Virus record (IMG/VR): IMGVR_UViG_3300044840_000008 | Location: 1 to 51,788 of that record | Length of the DNA stretch: 51,788 nucleotides | From: a virus | Taxonomy: Duplodnaviria > Caudoviricetes | Direction: 5' to 3' (one strand) | Part shown: piece after piece, positions 1 to 9,489 of the stretch | How positions within the stretch are numbered: position 1 is the first letter of the stretch | How the letters are laid out: the number at the start of each line of letters is the position of its first letter | Position numbers and translations under genes: made by a program | Notes under the pieces: generated by a model | The model's input: only the letters and a program-made list of their open reading frames with translations | Databases searched by the model: none | What the model was told of the DNA's origin: nothing

Positions 1-1
1 C

Positions 2-172
2 AACCGCCGACTCAACTTTCAATGCCGATGCGGCGCCCCCATCTTCACCGCCCAAGTCGATGCTTTCGACACCGACCATCCGACCCTTCCCCCGGCTGCC
101 ATCAAGGCCATGCACTCCATCAGCGCGGACTGCGCTACAGGCCACCAGCTGCAACACGCAGAGCCACACTGA
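2..172 (+). CDS. Hypothetical protein, 5'-truncated by the window edge
   Basis: Frame is open from base 2 (NRRLNFQCRCGAPIF...EPH*); its TGA overlaps the next ATG (TGATG). Confidence 0.5.
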   Translation, partial: NRRLNFQCRCGAPIFTAQVDAFDTDHPTLPPAAIKAMHSISADCATGHQLQHAEPH

Positions 173-378
173 TGACGGACCCGTTCGCAGGTCCATACAC
201 GCTGAGAGAGCAGTGGTCACGCCTAAAGGCCCGCTTCGTGGTGCGCCGCTGTATCCGCTCCCACCGGCTGGGACCGTGCCGCCACTGCCCGGTGTGCACG
301 AACTGGCATGACTGCCAGGTCTGCGATCTGCCTTCGCGAGTGGATTATTCAATCCGGTGCAACTTGGAGCAAGGCTGA
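172..378 (+). CDS. Small Cys-rich hypothetical protein
   Basis: ATG172 coupled by TGATG; CRHCPVC and CQVC motifs. Confidence 0.55.
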   Translation: MTDPFAGPYTLREQWSRLKARFVVRRCIRSHRLGPCRHCPVCTNWHDCQVCDLPSRVDYSIRCNLEQG

Positions 379-677
379 TGCCCAAGCTCACTGTGTTGGT
401 GGACGATGAGACAGCCTTTGAAGGCATCGTTCCCGAGTGGACTCTTCCGTCGTATCCGGAGCAGTTCCCCAACGCCCTCCAACCCCAACCTGGGATGAAG
501 CCACCCCCATTGGCGAAGCTGATGATGCTCACCGCACTCATCGAAGTCTTCAGAAGAGCGTTGAACAACGCGAACTTCCAGCCCATCAGCGTGGACGTGA
601 AGACCCAACAACCCGGGTCGTTCACCCTGAGCGTCGAGATGGCGATGCACAACCCACACGGCGAACTGGAGGCCTGA
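378..677 (+). CDS. Hypothetical protein
   Basis: TGATG coupling at both ends, GGAG upstream; MPKLTVLVDD... Confidence 0.65.
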   Translation: MPKLTVLVDDETAFEGIVPEWTLPSYPEQFPNALQPQPGMKPPPLAKLMMLTALIEVFRRALNNANFQPISVDVKTQQPGSFTLSVEMAMHNPHGELEA

Positions 678-844
678 TGCGAGTGACCTGCTTCCAATGC
701 GAGAAGCGCACAGGCTCATACCAGTACACCGGGTATGACGACGAAGGCCACGGCACCATCCCGATGTGCGACCAGTGTATGGGCATCTACGTGGCACCCA
801 CAGTGGGTGTGAACTTCGTCGAGCCCTGGACCATCCTCACCTGA
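677..844 (+). CDS. Small zinc-ribbon-like hypothetical protein
   Basis: GGAGG RBS then ATG677; CFQC...CDQC. Confidence 0.55.
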   Translation: MRVTCFQCEKRTGSYQYTGYDDEGHGTIPMCDQCMGIYVAPTVGVNFVEPWTILT

Positions 845-847
845 CCC

Positions 848-1126
848 ATGCCATCCAAGGGCACGACTAGCCAACGCGGCTACGGCGTAGCGCACCGCAA
901 GCTCCGCGAGCGTTACGAACCGTTAGTGCGTTCAGGGCAAGCCGTCTGCGCCAGATGTAACAACCCCATCCCAGCGGATGCTGATTGGGATCTCGGCCAC
1001 AACGATGATGACCCCACGCACAAGACGTACAACGGACCTGAACACATCGGCTGCAATCGAGCCACCAAGGGCCGCAAGCGTCAGCCGGCGACCACAGAGA
1101 CCACCGACGCATCACGCGCCTGGTGA
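848..1126 (+). CDS. HNH endonuclease, terminase-associated type
   Basis: RGYG...CARC...WDLGH...PEHIGCN motifs; position upstream of the small terminase as in cos phages. Confidence 0.85.
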   Translation: MPSKGTTSQRGYGVAHRKLRERYEPLVRSGQAVCARCNNPIPADADWDLGHNDDDPTHKTYNGPEHIGCNRATKGRKRQPATTETTDASRAW

Positions 1127-1587
1127 CACTCTTCGTCGTCGTGGGCCCACCAGCATCAGGCAAGTCCACATGGGTACGTGAGCACGCCCAACCAGGTGAC
1201 ATCACCATCGACTTCGACGCCCTGGCCAACGTACTGAGCCCACCAGATGACAAGCCGCACAAGCACCCACCCCACGTCCAGGCAGTGACCAAGGCAGCAC
1301 GCCAAGCAGCCATCGACACCGCCCTCAGGCACACCCACACAGTCGACGTGTACGTCATCCACTCGATGCCCGGCACCAAGACGATGGACGCATACCGAGC
1401 ACACGGCGCCCAGATCGTGGTCATCGACCCAGGCAAGTCAGTCGTCATGGCGAGATGTAAGGCCGAACGCCCCTGGCAGATCCAGCAGGCCGCCAAGGAG
1501 TGGTACGCCAACCCACCCGCCCAGCAAACATCGGCAACGAGCCAGCAAACATCAGGGCATGCAGGCGACACCGCCCGCGAATGGTGA
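1123..1587 (+). CDS. P-loop NTPase / kinase-like (AAA_33-like) protein
   Basis: N-terminal Walker A VVVGPPASGKST followed by IDFD. Confidence 0.75.
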   Translation: MTLFVVVGPPASGKSTWVREHAQPGDITIDFDALANVLSPPDDKPHKHPPHVQAVTKAARQAAIDTALRHTHTVDVYVIHSMPGTKTMDAYRAHGAQIVVIDPGKSVVMARCKAERPWQIQQAAKEWYANPPAQQTSATSQQTSGHAGDTAREW

Positions 1588-1798
1588 ATAACCGCAGGTC
1601 AGAGGCACTTTCGCGATGATGACCAGCGCCGCGCAGCATAACCGCAGGTCAGGGGGGGTAGGGGTGCCGCGAGGACCCTGCCGGCCAGTCGACCCCAAGC
1701 ACTCCTATGCGATCTATGTATGACGATTTTCCACACCCACCACGGCCGGCGGACCCACGCCAGCAAACTCCAGCAAACATTGGCGCTAACCCAGCAAC
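1521..1798 (+). repeat. Repeat cluster in the putative packaging (cos) region
   Basis: ATAACCGCAGGTCAG at 1588 and 1638; CCAGCAAAC at 1521, 1542, 1760 and 1770, CCAGCAAC at 1791; G-tract at 1652-1664; mostly in the non-coding gap before terS. Confidence 0.65.
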
Positions 1799-1818
1799 TT
1801 CGAAGGCGGTGATCTGAC

Positions 1819-2127
1819 GTGGCGAAACCCGGTTTGCGCCTCGCAGGCGCCGATGAGGAAGCACCGAAGTCGGCAACGAAACCCAAGTCGGTTTCGCAGG
1901 CGGCAGCTGGTGGGGATCACCGCGAACTGTTGGTAGCGATGCGGGAACGGATCGCAAACACCGTGTCTGACCCGTCGTGCCCGCCAAGGGATTTGGCTGC
2001 GTTGACGCGCAGGTTGCAGGACATCGCCAAGGAAATCGAGTCGATCGACCTTCGGGCCAAGCAGGAAGCGGCGGAGGGTGGCAGTGACGGCCCTGGCGAC
2101 GAAACCTGGAACTCAGAAGCTATCTGA
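1819..2127 (+). CDS. terS: Terminase small subunit
   Basis: PPRDLAALTRRLQDIAKEIE helix typical of actinophage small terminases; directly upstream of the large terminase. Confidence 0.75.
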   Translation: MAKPGLRLAGADEEAPKSATKPKSVSQAAAGGDHRELLVAMRERIANTVSDPSCPPRDLAALTRRLQDIAKEIESIDLRAKQEAAEGGSDGPGDETWNSEAI

Positions 2128-3523
2128 GGTCGCGCGGCACGTCGTTCAGCCGGCCGGGATCGTGTCGACGGGCTGGCCGGCTGTTCACGCGACGTGCCGG
2201 GAAAAGCTGGGAATCACGTTCGACGGCTGGCAGCAGGGCGCGGCGCGGCTGATTCTCGCGAAGCGCGAGGATGGGAAGCTCGCCGCCACCGTTGGTGGGG
2301 TTGGGATGTCTCTTCCGAGGCAGGTCGGCAAGACGTATCTGTTGGCGGGTCTGATCTTCGGGTTGTGCGTCAATCAACCTGGGCTGTTGGTGATCTGGTC
2401 TGCCCACCATGCGCGGACGCATGAAGAGACGTTCCTGTCGATGCAGGCGTTCGCCGAACGGCAGAAGGTCAAGGCGTACATCGACCGCGTGTACCTCGGG
2501 TCTGGTGATGAGGAGATCCGGTTCCACAACGGGTCTCGAATCTTGTTCGGCGCCCGTGAGCGTGGGTTCGGCCGCGGCATCCCTGGTGTTGATGTGCTGA
2601 TCATGGATGAGGCGCAGATCCTTTCGGAGCGGGCGTTGCAGAACATGCTCGCGACGATGAACACGTCGCAGTTCGGGTTGCACGTGTACGTCGGGACACC
2701 GCCGAAGCCGGAAGACAATTCGGAGTCGTTTACCCGGATGCGTGACGATGCGTTGACTGGGGCGAAGACGAACCTGGTGTGGATCGAGTGCGGCGCCGAC
2801 GATGATGCCAATTTGGATGATCGGAAGCAGTGGGCGAAGGCCAACCCGTCATTTCCGCACCGGACGCCGGTCGAGGGCATTGAACGGCTGCGGGAGAAGC
2901 TTGACCCTGATGGCTTCAAGCGTGAGGGCCTTGGGCTCTGGCTGTCGACCTCGGGGCAGTTGATCTCACCGGCGGTGTGGTCGGCGCTTACGGACGTGGA
3001 GTCGAAGCCGACGGACCCGGTGTCGTTCGCGGTGTACGTGAATCGGATGCAGACCCACGCCGCGATAGGTGTCGCTGGGTACCGCACTGATGGTCGGATG
3101 CACGTCGGGATCGTGGAGACACAGCCAGGGACGGCGTGGATACCCGATCGGGTCCTTCAGTTGCGGGACAAGTGGAAACCGTGCGCCACGGTCATCGACA
3201 ACTTCTCCTCAGCTGCTGCTTTGATCCCGGCCATTGAGGAGCTCGGCGTCGAAGTCTTGACGACGACGGGCGCAGACATGGCCAGGGCGTGCAGCGGCTT
3301 CTACTCCGCGGTCCACGAAGACAAGCTCAGACATGGTGGCGCACAACCCCTGGCCGACTCCGTGGCTGCAGGGAAGAAGCGTGACCTGCTCGATGGATGG
3401 GCGTGGAACAGAAAAGACAGCAGTAGTGACATCACCCAACTCGTTGCGGTGACGCTCGCTCTTCATGGCCTGAACGTCAATGGCCGCACACCGGAAATCG
3501 AGGCTTGGGGAATGCTGACGTGA
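2078..3523 (+). CDS. terL: Terminase large subunit
   Basis: Walker A PRQVGKT, Walker B LIMDEAQ, GTPP, WAKANPS, C-terminal nuclease DITQLVA. Confidence 0.95.
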   Translation: MAVTALATKPGTQKLSEVARHVVQPAGIVSTGWPAVHATCREKLGITFDGWQQGAARLILAKREDGKLAATVGGVGMSLPRQVGKTYLLAGLIFGLCVNQPGLLVIWSAHHARTHEETFLSMQAFAERQKVKAYIDRVYLGSGDEEIRFHNGSRILFGARERGFGRGIPGVDVLIMDEAQILSERALQNMLATMNTSQFGLHVYVGTPPKPEDNSESFTRMRDDALTGAKTNLVWIECGADDDANLDDRKQWAKANPSFPHRTPVEGIERLREKLDPDGFKREGLGLWLSTSGQLISPAVWSALTDVESKPTDPVSFAVYVNRMQTHAAIGVAGYRTDGRMHVGIVETQPGTAWIPDRVLQLRDKWKPCATVIDNFSSAAALIPAIEELGVEVLTTTGADMARACSGFYSAVHEDKLRHGGAQPLADSVAAGKKRDLLDGWAWNRKDSSSDITQLVAVTLALHGLNVNGRTPEIEAWGMLT

Positions 3524-3690
3524 ACTCTTGGATTGCACTGGCATTGGCGGTGATTGCCGTACTCGCGTACTCGGCGATCGTAGCCGGTGCGGCAGTCATC
3601 TGGGGCTTGGGCGTCGCACTGCTGACCAGTGGTGTCCTACCACTGGTGGCGGTCATCTTCTACGTGCTCTATGACCCGGACAAAGCCTGA
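3520..3690 (+). CDS. Small two-TM membrane protein
   Basis: GTGA overlap; two hydrophobic stretches; common position between terminase and portal. Confidence 0.65.
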   Translation: MNSWIALALAVIAVLAYSAIVAGAAVIWGLGVALLTSGVLPLVAVIFYVLYDPDKA

Positions 3691-5075
3691 TGGCGAACCT
3701 GTTGTCGCGGATGAAAGCTACCGAGCGTTCATCGCGGGACATGTCGTTTGATCAGTACGCGGCGATGCTCGGTCAGTTCCAGTTCAACGGATTGACGTAT
3801 GGCTCCCCGGGTATGCAGCAGACGTTGGCCGGTACGGCCACGGAGATGCCGACGAACAACTTCATTGGCCTCGCGTCTCAGGCTTACGCATCGAATGGTG
3901 TGGTGTTCGCCTGCATGCTGGTCCGCCAGTTGGTGTTCTCTTCGATCAGGTTTCAGTTCCAACAGATTTTGAACGGGAAGCCATCGAAGACGTTCGGTGA
4001 TCAGACACTCGGCGTGCTGGAGCGGCCGTGGCCGGGTGGTACGACACAGGATCTGTTGTCGCGGATGATTCAAGACGCAGACCTGGCGGGAAACAGCTAC
4101 TGGGTTCGTCAGGGTGACGAGTTGGTCAGGTTACGTCCCGACTGGGTGCAGATCGTCGGGACTCCACGAACGATGGGGACGGCAGACTCCAGCCGCGGCA
4201 ATGGCCAGGTCGGTTGGGTGAAGAAGGGCTACCTCTACACCGAGAACGGGTGTCACCCAAGCAACTCCCATGAGGCAGTCGCGTTCACGGTCGAAGAGGT
4301 CGTGCACTTCGCGCCGATACCCGATCCGCTCGCGGTGTTCTCTGGGATGTCGTGGCTGACGCCGATCCTGCGTGAAATTCAGGCCGACCACTCGATGACC
4401 AGGCACCAGCGGAAGTTCTTCGACAACGGCGCTACGCCGAACATGATCATCAAGCACGCGCTTGGCACGACGAACGACTCCATCACGAAGTTCTCAGAAG
4501 AGGTGCTGGCGAAGTTCGCCGGTACCGAGAACGCCTACAAGACACTGAATCTGTACCCCGGCGCCGACGCGACAGTGGTCGGCGCGGACCTGCGCAGTAT
4601 TGACTTCAAAAGTGTGCGCGGCGGCGGGGAGACCCGCATCGCCGCCGCCGCTGGAGTCCCGCCGGTGATCGTCGGTCTGTCTGAAGGATTGGCTGCGGCG
4701 ACATACTCGAATTACGGCCAAGCGCGCCGCCGGTTATCCGATGGTACGGCGCACCCGTTGTGGCAGAACGTTGCCGGGTCAATCGAGAACGTCGTTCCGC
4801 CTCCCGGTAATGGAACGCGGTTGTGGTACGGAACCGCTGACGTCCCATTCCTGCGTGAGGACGAGAAGGACGCCGCCGATATCGCGCAAGTCAAGGCCAC
4901 CACCGTCAACACGTACATCATCGCCGGGTTCGAACCGGATTCGGCTGTAGCAGCGGTCGACGCCGACGACATCAACCTATTAGTCCATACCGGTCTGACC
5001 AGCGTGCAACTCGTTGAGCCGGGCCAAGATCCGCCGCCGCCAGCCCCGACGGACCCACAGGTAGGAGGAGCATAG
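3690..5075 (+). CDS. Portal protein, HK97 family
   Basis: LAGNSY, LRPDWV, GMSWL, FFDNGATP, IAAAAGVPPVIVG, YSNY motifs. Confidence 0.93.
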   Translation: MANLLSRMKATERSSRDMSFDQYAAMLGQFQFNGLTYGSPGMQQTLAGTATEMPTNNFIGLASQAYASNGVVFACMLVRQLVFSSIRFQFQQILNGKPSKTFGDQTLGVLERPWPGGTTQDLLSRMIQDADLAGNSYWVRQGDELVRLRPDWVQIVGTPRTMGTADSSRGNGQVGWVKKGYLYTENGCHPSNSHEAVAFTVEEVVHFAPIPDPLAVFSGMSWLTPILREIQADHSMTRHQRKFFDNGATPNMIIKHALGTTNDSITKFSEEVLAKFAGTENAYKTLNLYPGADATVVGADLRSIDFKSVRGGGETRIAAAAGVPPVIVGLSEGLAAATYSNYGQARRRLSDGTAHPLWQNVAGSIENVVPPPGNGTRLWYGTADVPFLREDEKDAADIAQVKATTVNTYIIAGFEPDSAVAAVDADDINLLVHTGLTSVQLVEPGQDPPPPAPTDPQVGGA

Positions 5076-6016
5076 TGACGACAGCGCAACGCAAGGCGGC
5101 ACCGCCGCGTGAGGACGTCTGCCGGTCGGTGCCGTTCACGCTGACCCGCGACGGCCTGCCCACTGACGGTCGGACGTTCGCTGGCTATGGCGCAGTGTTC
5201 AACTCGCCCACCCGGATTGATTCATGGGAGGGCACCTTCGACGAGCAGATCGCCCCAGGTGCGTTCCGCAAGTCCCTTCGTGAGCGCACACCGAAGTTCC
5301 AGTTCGACCACGGTCAACATCCACTCATCGGATCGGTGCCAATCGGCACCATCGCCGACATCCGCGAGGACGACAACGGCCTCTACGTCGAAGCACGTAT
5401 GGGGCAGCACATCCTCATCGACCTCATCCGTGAGGCCATCGAGACCGGCGCGATTGACGGTATGTCGTTCCGGTTCTCCGTGGTCCGCGATGAGTGGCGC
5501 GACGCAGAAGGAAAGACCGTCAAGCCCGAGGACGTCGAAGAGGCGCTCTGGACGGGATCGCGCGGTGTGCTGCTGCGGACGCTGAAAGAGGTCAAGGTGG
5601 CCGAGGTTGGCCCCGTCGTGTGGCCGGCCTACTCCGACACCACCGCAAGTATGAGAACCGCTGGCGTCGTCGAGATCGACGGCGCCCGTTTGCAAGACCC
5701 CGAGCAGCGCAGGTTGCTCGGAGAACTTTTACTGCGCGCAGACGCAGTGGAGAACGCCCCCGAAGAGGGCGAGTCCAACGCAGAGCCGCAAGACACCCCC
5801 GATGATTCGGTGGCCGTTGAGCACTCGGACGAGGACACCGACACGCCGCAATCCACCTCACCCGAGGCCGGGGAGCACGAGCCGGAAACCGACACCGAAA
5901 TCCCAACCGATGCAATCGACGACGCACGAGCAGCCGCCACCGAGCGACTGTTCACCACTGCGCTCGCCCAAGTTCGCACCGCGCGGGAATCAACCCCACC
6001 CATGAAAGGACTCTGA
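5075..6016 (+). CDS. Capsid maturation (prohead) protease, HK97 family
   Basis: FAGYGAVFN, EQIAPGAF, FDH, GMSFRF, EVGPVVWPAY motifs; acidic C-terminal tail. Confidence 0.92.
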   Translation: MTTAQRKAAPPREDVCRSVPFTLTRDGLPTDGRTFAGYGAVFNSPTRIDSWEGTFDEQIAPGAFRKSLRERTPKFQFDHGQHPLIGSVPIGTIADIREDDNGLYVEARMGQHILIDLIREAIETGAIDGMSFRFSVVRDEWRDAEGKTVKPEDVEEALWTGSRGVLLRTLKEVKVAEVGPVVWPAYSDTTASMRTAGVVEIDGARLQDPEQRRLLGELLLRADAVENAPEEGESNAEPQDTPDDSVAVEHSDEDTDTPQSTSPEAGEHEPETDTEIPTDAIDDARAAATERLFTTALAQVRTARESTPPMKGL

Positions 6017-7479
6017 TGTCTGTCGAACTGACTCATCAACAGGCCCTGCACCGCGAGAAGGACATCCAGGACGAACTGGAGCGGCTCAAGGCGAAGAAGG
6101 ATAAGGCCCCCGAGGATCACGCAGCGGTCCCCACCTTGCTCGAGGAGTTCCGTTCGGTGCACGAGCACCGGTTGGACCTGGAGCACGATGCGGCGCTCGA
6201 CGAGATCCGCTCCGCCGCAGCCAGCGGCGCTCCCGCTACCAGCGAGGCTGTTGGCGCAACCGTCGTCGATCAGGGTGAGCGTTCCGGACAGCGGTTCGGC
6301 GCACAGCTTGGCAGTACGGGCAAGTACAAGAACCCGTGGGATCTGTCCGAAGTTCGCTATTCGGGCAACCGTGACAGCGAGCTGCGTGCGCGTGCGCTCG
6401 GCGCCATCGAGCAGATGCCGTTCGCGGAGGACAAGGTCCGTGAAGCGGCCACCAAGTTCGTCGAGCGGGATCGTCACAACAAGGCGACCGATCTGGCGCT
6501 GCACACCACGTCGCCGCTCTACGGTGAAGCGTTCACCAAGATCATCCGGTCGAACGGCCAGATGGCTGCGCTCACCACGGAGGAGCAGGGCGCGATCGCT
6601 CGCGCCATGTCGCTCACCGACTCTGCCGGCGGATATTTGGTGCCGTTCCAGTTGGACCCCACCGTCATCCTGACGGCCAATGGATCGGTCAACGAGATCC
6701 GGCAGATCAGCCGCGTGGTTACCGCCACCGGTGACACGTGGAACGGAATCTCCTCGGCTGGCGTCACCGGCTCATGGGATGCGGAAGCCGCCGAGGTTTC
6801 CGACGATGCGCCGACCTTGGCTCAGCCGTCCATCCCGATCTACAAGTTCCAGGTGTTCGTCCCCGTGACGCACGAGGTCGCGATGGACGCACCCGGGCTC
6901 GCCAACGACGTCGCCCAGTTCATCGCGTTCGAGAAGGACGCGAAGGAGGGCACGGCGTTCGCCACCGGTTCGGGTTCGAGCCAGCCGACCGGCATCGTGA
7001 CCGCACTGGTTGCGTCCGCCGGCAGCGCAAGCGTGGTCAACTCGGCCACCACCGACACCTTCGCGTTGGCGGACGTGTACGCGCTGGATTCCGCTCTCCC
7101 GGCACGGTATGCGGCGAACGGCTCCTGGTTGGGTCACCGCGGCGTCTACAACCTGATGCGGCGCTTCGACACCGCTGGTGGTGCGGCACTGTGGGGTTAT
7201 CTGGCCGACGGCCGTAACCACAACCTGTTGGGTCGCCCAGACTACGTGTCGGAGGCAATGGACGGCGTCCTGAACACGTCGGCGGAGAACTACTTCCTGA
7301 TCTTCGGGGACTTCTCCAACTACGTGATCGCCGACCGTTTGGGCGTCACCATGTCCTACATCCCACACCTGTTCGGTTCGAATGGGCGTCCGACGGGGCA
7401 GGCCGGCTGGCACGCGTGGCTGAGAGTCGGAGCTGACTCGGTAAACGACGCGGCATTCCGCATGCTGGATGTCACGTAG
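6016..7479 (+). CDS. Major capsid protein, HK97 fold with N-terminal delta/scaffold domain
   Basis: GGYLVP, G.GSSQPTGI, LLGRP, FGDFSNYVIADR motifs; follows the protease. Confidence 0.95.
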   Translation: MSVELTHQQALHREKDIQDELERLKAKKDKAPEDHAAVPTLLEEFRSVHEHRLDLEHDAALDEIRSAAASGAPATSEAVGATVVDQGERSGQRFGAQLGSTGKYKNPWDLSEVRYSGNRDSELRARALGAIEQMPFAEDKVREAATKFVERDRHNKATDLALHTTSPLYGEAFTKIIRSNGQMAALTTEEQGAIARAMSLTDSAGGYLVPFQLDPTVILTANGSVNEIRQISRVVTATGDTWNGISSAGVTGSWDAEAAEVSDDAPTLAQPSIPIYKFQVFVPVTHEVAMDAPGLANDVAQFIAFEKDAKEGTAFATGSGSSQPTGIVTALVASAGSASVVNSATTDTFALADVYALDSALPARYAANGSWLGHRGVYNLMRRFDTAGGAALWGYLADGRNHNLLGRPDYVSEAMDGVLNTSAENYFLIFGDFSNYVIADRLGVTMSYIPHLFGSNGRPTGQAGWHAWLRVGADSVNDAAFRMLDVT

Positions 7480-7496
7480 TCATATCTGCTGTAAAC

Positions 7497-7533
7497 GGTT
7501 GCGGCGCACAGTGAAATGCTGTGCGCCGCAACC
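7497..7533 (+). terminator. 15-bp perfect hairpin after the capsid gene (partial terminator or mRNA stabiliser)
   Basis: GGTTGCGGCGCACAG-tgaaatg-CTGTGCGCCGCAACC; no U-tract. Confidence 0.6.
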
Positions 7534-7566
7534 TGCAAGCAACCAATTCCAGCTAGGAGTTCCGCA

Positions 7567-7848
7567 ATGAGCTTTCGTTGCATCAACGCGTTCTCGTTCG
7601 GTGACACCGTGTACGCCAACGGATACGAGGCGGCCGACGGTGATCCGATCCTGAAGACGCACGCTGATCACTTCGCAGAGGTGGATAATTCGCCGTTCGT
7701 GGGGCGTGCGGTGGAACAGGCCGTCGCGGAGCCCGGCGGTTTGCGTGCGGTGTCGAAGAAGAAGGCACCCGCGAAGGCTGCTCCCAAGCCAGCCGCCCAT
7801 AAAACGGCCGACGACTCGCCGGCTGAATCCGACGAGGAGAAGAAGTAA
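7567..7848 (+). CDS. Hypothetical head-region protein
   Basis: AGGAG RBS before ATG7567; VEQAVAEPG motif and Lys/Ala-rich tail. Confidence 0.7.
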   Translation: MSFRCINAFSFGDTVYANGYEAADGDPILKTHADHFAEVDNSPFVGRAVEQAVAEPGGLRAVSKKKAPAKAAPKPAAHKTADDSPAESDEEKK

Positions 7849-8261
7849 TGCGCAGCGTCTACAACAACGTCCTGCCCGTGATCGCGCTGACCAGTGCGTC
7901 CCGGACCGCCAACTCCGCCGTGAATGGTACCGAGGTCGACCTGGCGGTGTACAACAACAACTTCCGTTCGGTGTCGTTCGTGGTCACCACTGGCACCATC
8001 ACCGACGGTGCGGTCGTGTTCAAGATCCAGGAGACCGACACCACCGGTACGGGTTACACGGACGTGCCATCCGATCACCTCCTAGGGTCGGCACCGACCA
8101 CCGCATCGACCGACGACGACAAGGTGTTCCACTTCGGGTTCATTCCAACGAAGCGGTTCTGCCGCATCGTGGCCACGCAGTCGGGTGCGACATCGGGCGG
8201 CATCTATTCGGCCGTCGCACTTCTGTCGGCTGGGTCGAACGTTCCTCCGCAGCGTTCCTGA
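7848..8261 (+). CDS. Putative capsid decoration/cement protein (Bbp16-like beta-sandwich)
   Basis: Thr/Ser/Val-rich, predicted beta; GTEVDL...KIQE...KRFCRIV pattern; position after capsid. Confidence 0.5.
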   Translation: MRSVYNNVLPVIALTSASRTANSAVNGTEVDLAVYNNNFRSVSFVVTTGTITDGAVVFKIQETDTTGTGYTDVPSDHLLGSAPTTASTDDDKVFHFGFIPTKRFCRIVATQSGATSGGIYSAVALLSAGSNVPPQRS

Positions 8262-8264
8262 TCG

Positions 8265-8756
8265 ATGACGGTCAACTACGCAGACGCAGCATTGGCGGCT
8301 GCCCGCCGATACTGCGGCTGGGTAGTTACCCCACCGGAAACCATCACCGTCACGGTGGACGGTCCTGGTGGTCGGGTGTTGTCGTTGAAGTCGTTGTACC
8401 TCACCGCCATCACGGCGGTCATCGAGGATGACGTCGTGTTGGACGTGGCCGATCTTCGGTTCTCGCGGGATACCGGTGTGGTGTACAAGAAGCACGGTCG
8501 GTGTTGGTCTTGTCATCCCGGGGCGATCACCGTCACGTTCACTCACGGCCATGACGAGGCGCCGGATTTCGATGCGGCGGTTGAGCAGGCGGCGTTGGCG
8601 TTGACCGTGTCGGCTGGCCGGGATGATCCGGCGATGACGCGTAAGCGGGTCGACGACGTGGAGTACGACTGGTCGGTCTCCCTGCTGCAGGGCGGTGCCT
8701 TGTCTGGGTCGGCTAAGGCCTTGTTGGATGCCTACCGGATTCTGCCGATCTCATGA
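8265..8756 (+). CDS. Head-to-tail adaptor
   Basis: AARRYCGW, VTFTHG, LLDAYRI motifs; gene order. Confidence 0.85.
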   Translation: MTVNYADAALAAARRYCGWVVTPPETITVTVDGPGGRVLSLKSLYLTAITAVIEDDVVLDVADLRFSRDTGVVYKKHGRCWSCHPGAITVTFTHGHDEAPDFDAAVEQAALALTVSAGRDDPAMTRKRVDDVEYDWSVSLLQGGALSGSAKALLDAYRILPIS

Positions 8757-9091
8757 GCTTCGGGTCAACGACGGTGACGTTCATCAGCGAAACCCCCGCG
8801 GGTGCCCGCGGGAAGCTGGGTACGCAAACCCCGGTTGAAGCACGGGTGGCTGTGCCTGGCTGCCGGTTCCGGCCGTTGTATGCGCGGGAGATGCCAGAAG
8901 ACCTGACGAACCTTGCTACGCAGGTGTGGCGGTGCACGGCCCCCCCGGAAGCGGCTGCTATCGCGGCGAAGTCCACCGGTGTGATCGAGGTGGATTCGGT
9001 GAAGTACAAGATCATCGGCGGCGCACGACCGTTTGAGGACTTCACTAACCCGTTCAAGGTCACCATCGACTGTCAAAGGAACCCGGCCTGA
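8753..9091 (+). CDS. Head-to-tail stopper
   Basis: VPGCRFRP, W.CTAPP, YKIIGG motifs; gene order. Confidence 0.75.
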   Translation: MSFGSTTVTFISETPAGARGKLGTQTPVEARVAVPGCRFRPLYAREMPEDLTNLATQVWRCTAPPEAAAIAAKSTGVIEVDSVKYKIIGGARPFEDFTNPFKVTIDCQRNPA

Positions 9092-9489
9092 TGGCGAACT
9101 CGTTGCGGGATGTCGGTATCTCCGATGATGATCTGAACCGGGCGATCGAATCCTCTGCGCAGGTGCGGGCGGAGAAGATCAAGAAGGCGAAAGAGGTTGC
9201 CGCCTTCGCTAAGTCGATCGCCCCGAAGGACACCGGCAAGTATGCGGCGGGTATCGAGGTGCAGAAGACGAAGACCGGGAAGATTCGGGTCGTCGCCACC
9301 GCCTGGTATTCGCACCTCATCGAGTACGGCACCGGACCAGACAAGAAGGGCAGCGGCAAGGATCGTTACCGCCCCGGCGCGGGTGTGAAGCTCGGCCCCG
9401 ATACCCCTACCCCGGAGTTCGCGATATTCGCGAAGACGGCTGCTGCTTTCGGTGGTACCGCTGGGGGTGTGCTCTCCGATGACGGTTGA
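9091..9489 (+). CDS. HK97 gp10-like neck protein
   Basis: AKSIAPKDTGKYAAGI and HLIEYGT motifs. Confidence 0.8.
   Translation: MANSLRDVGISDDDLNRAIESSAQVRAEKIKKAKEVAAFAKSIAPKDTGKYAAGIEVQKTKTGKIRVVATAWYSHLIEYGTGPDKKGSGKDRYRPGAGVKLGPDTPTPEFAIFAKTAAAFGGTAGGVLSDDG

Noticed and set aside
2078-3523. Intein in the terminase
   Set aside because: Normal length (481 aa) and no intein splice-junction or LAGLIDADG motifs
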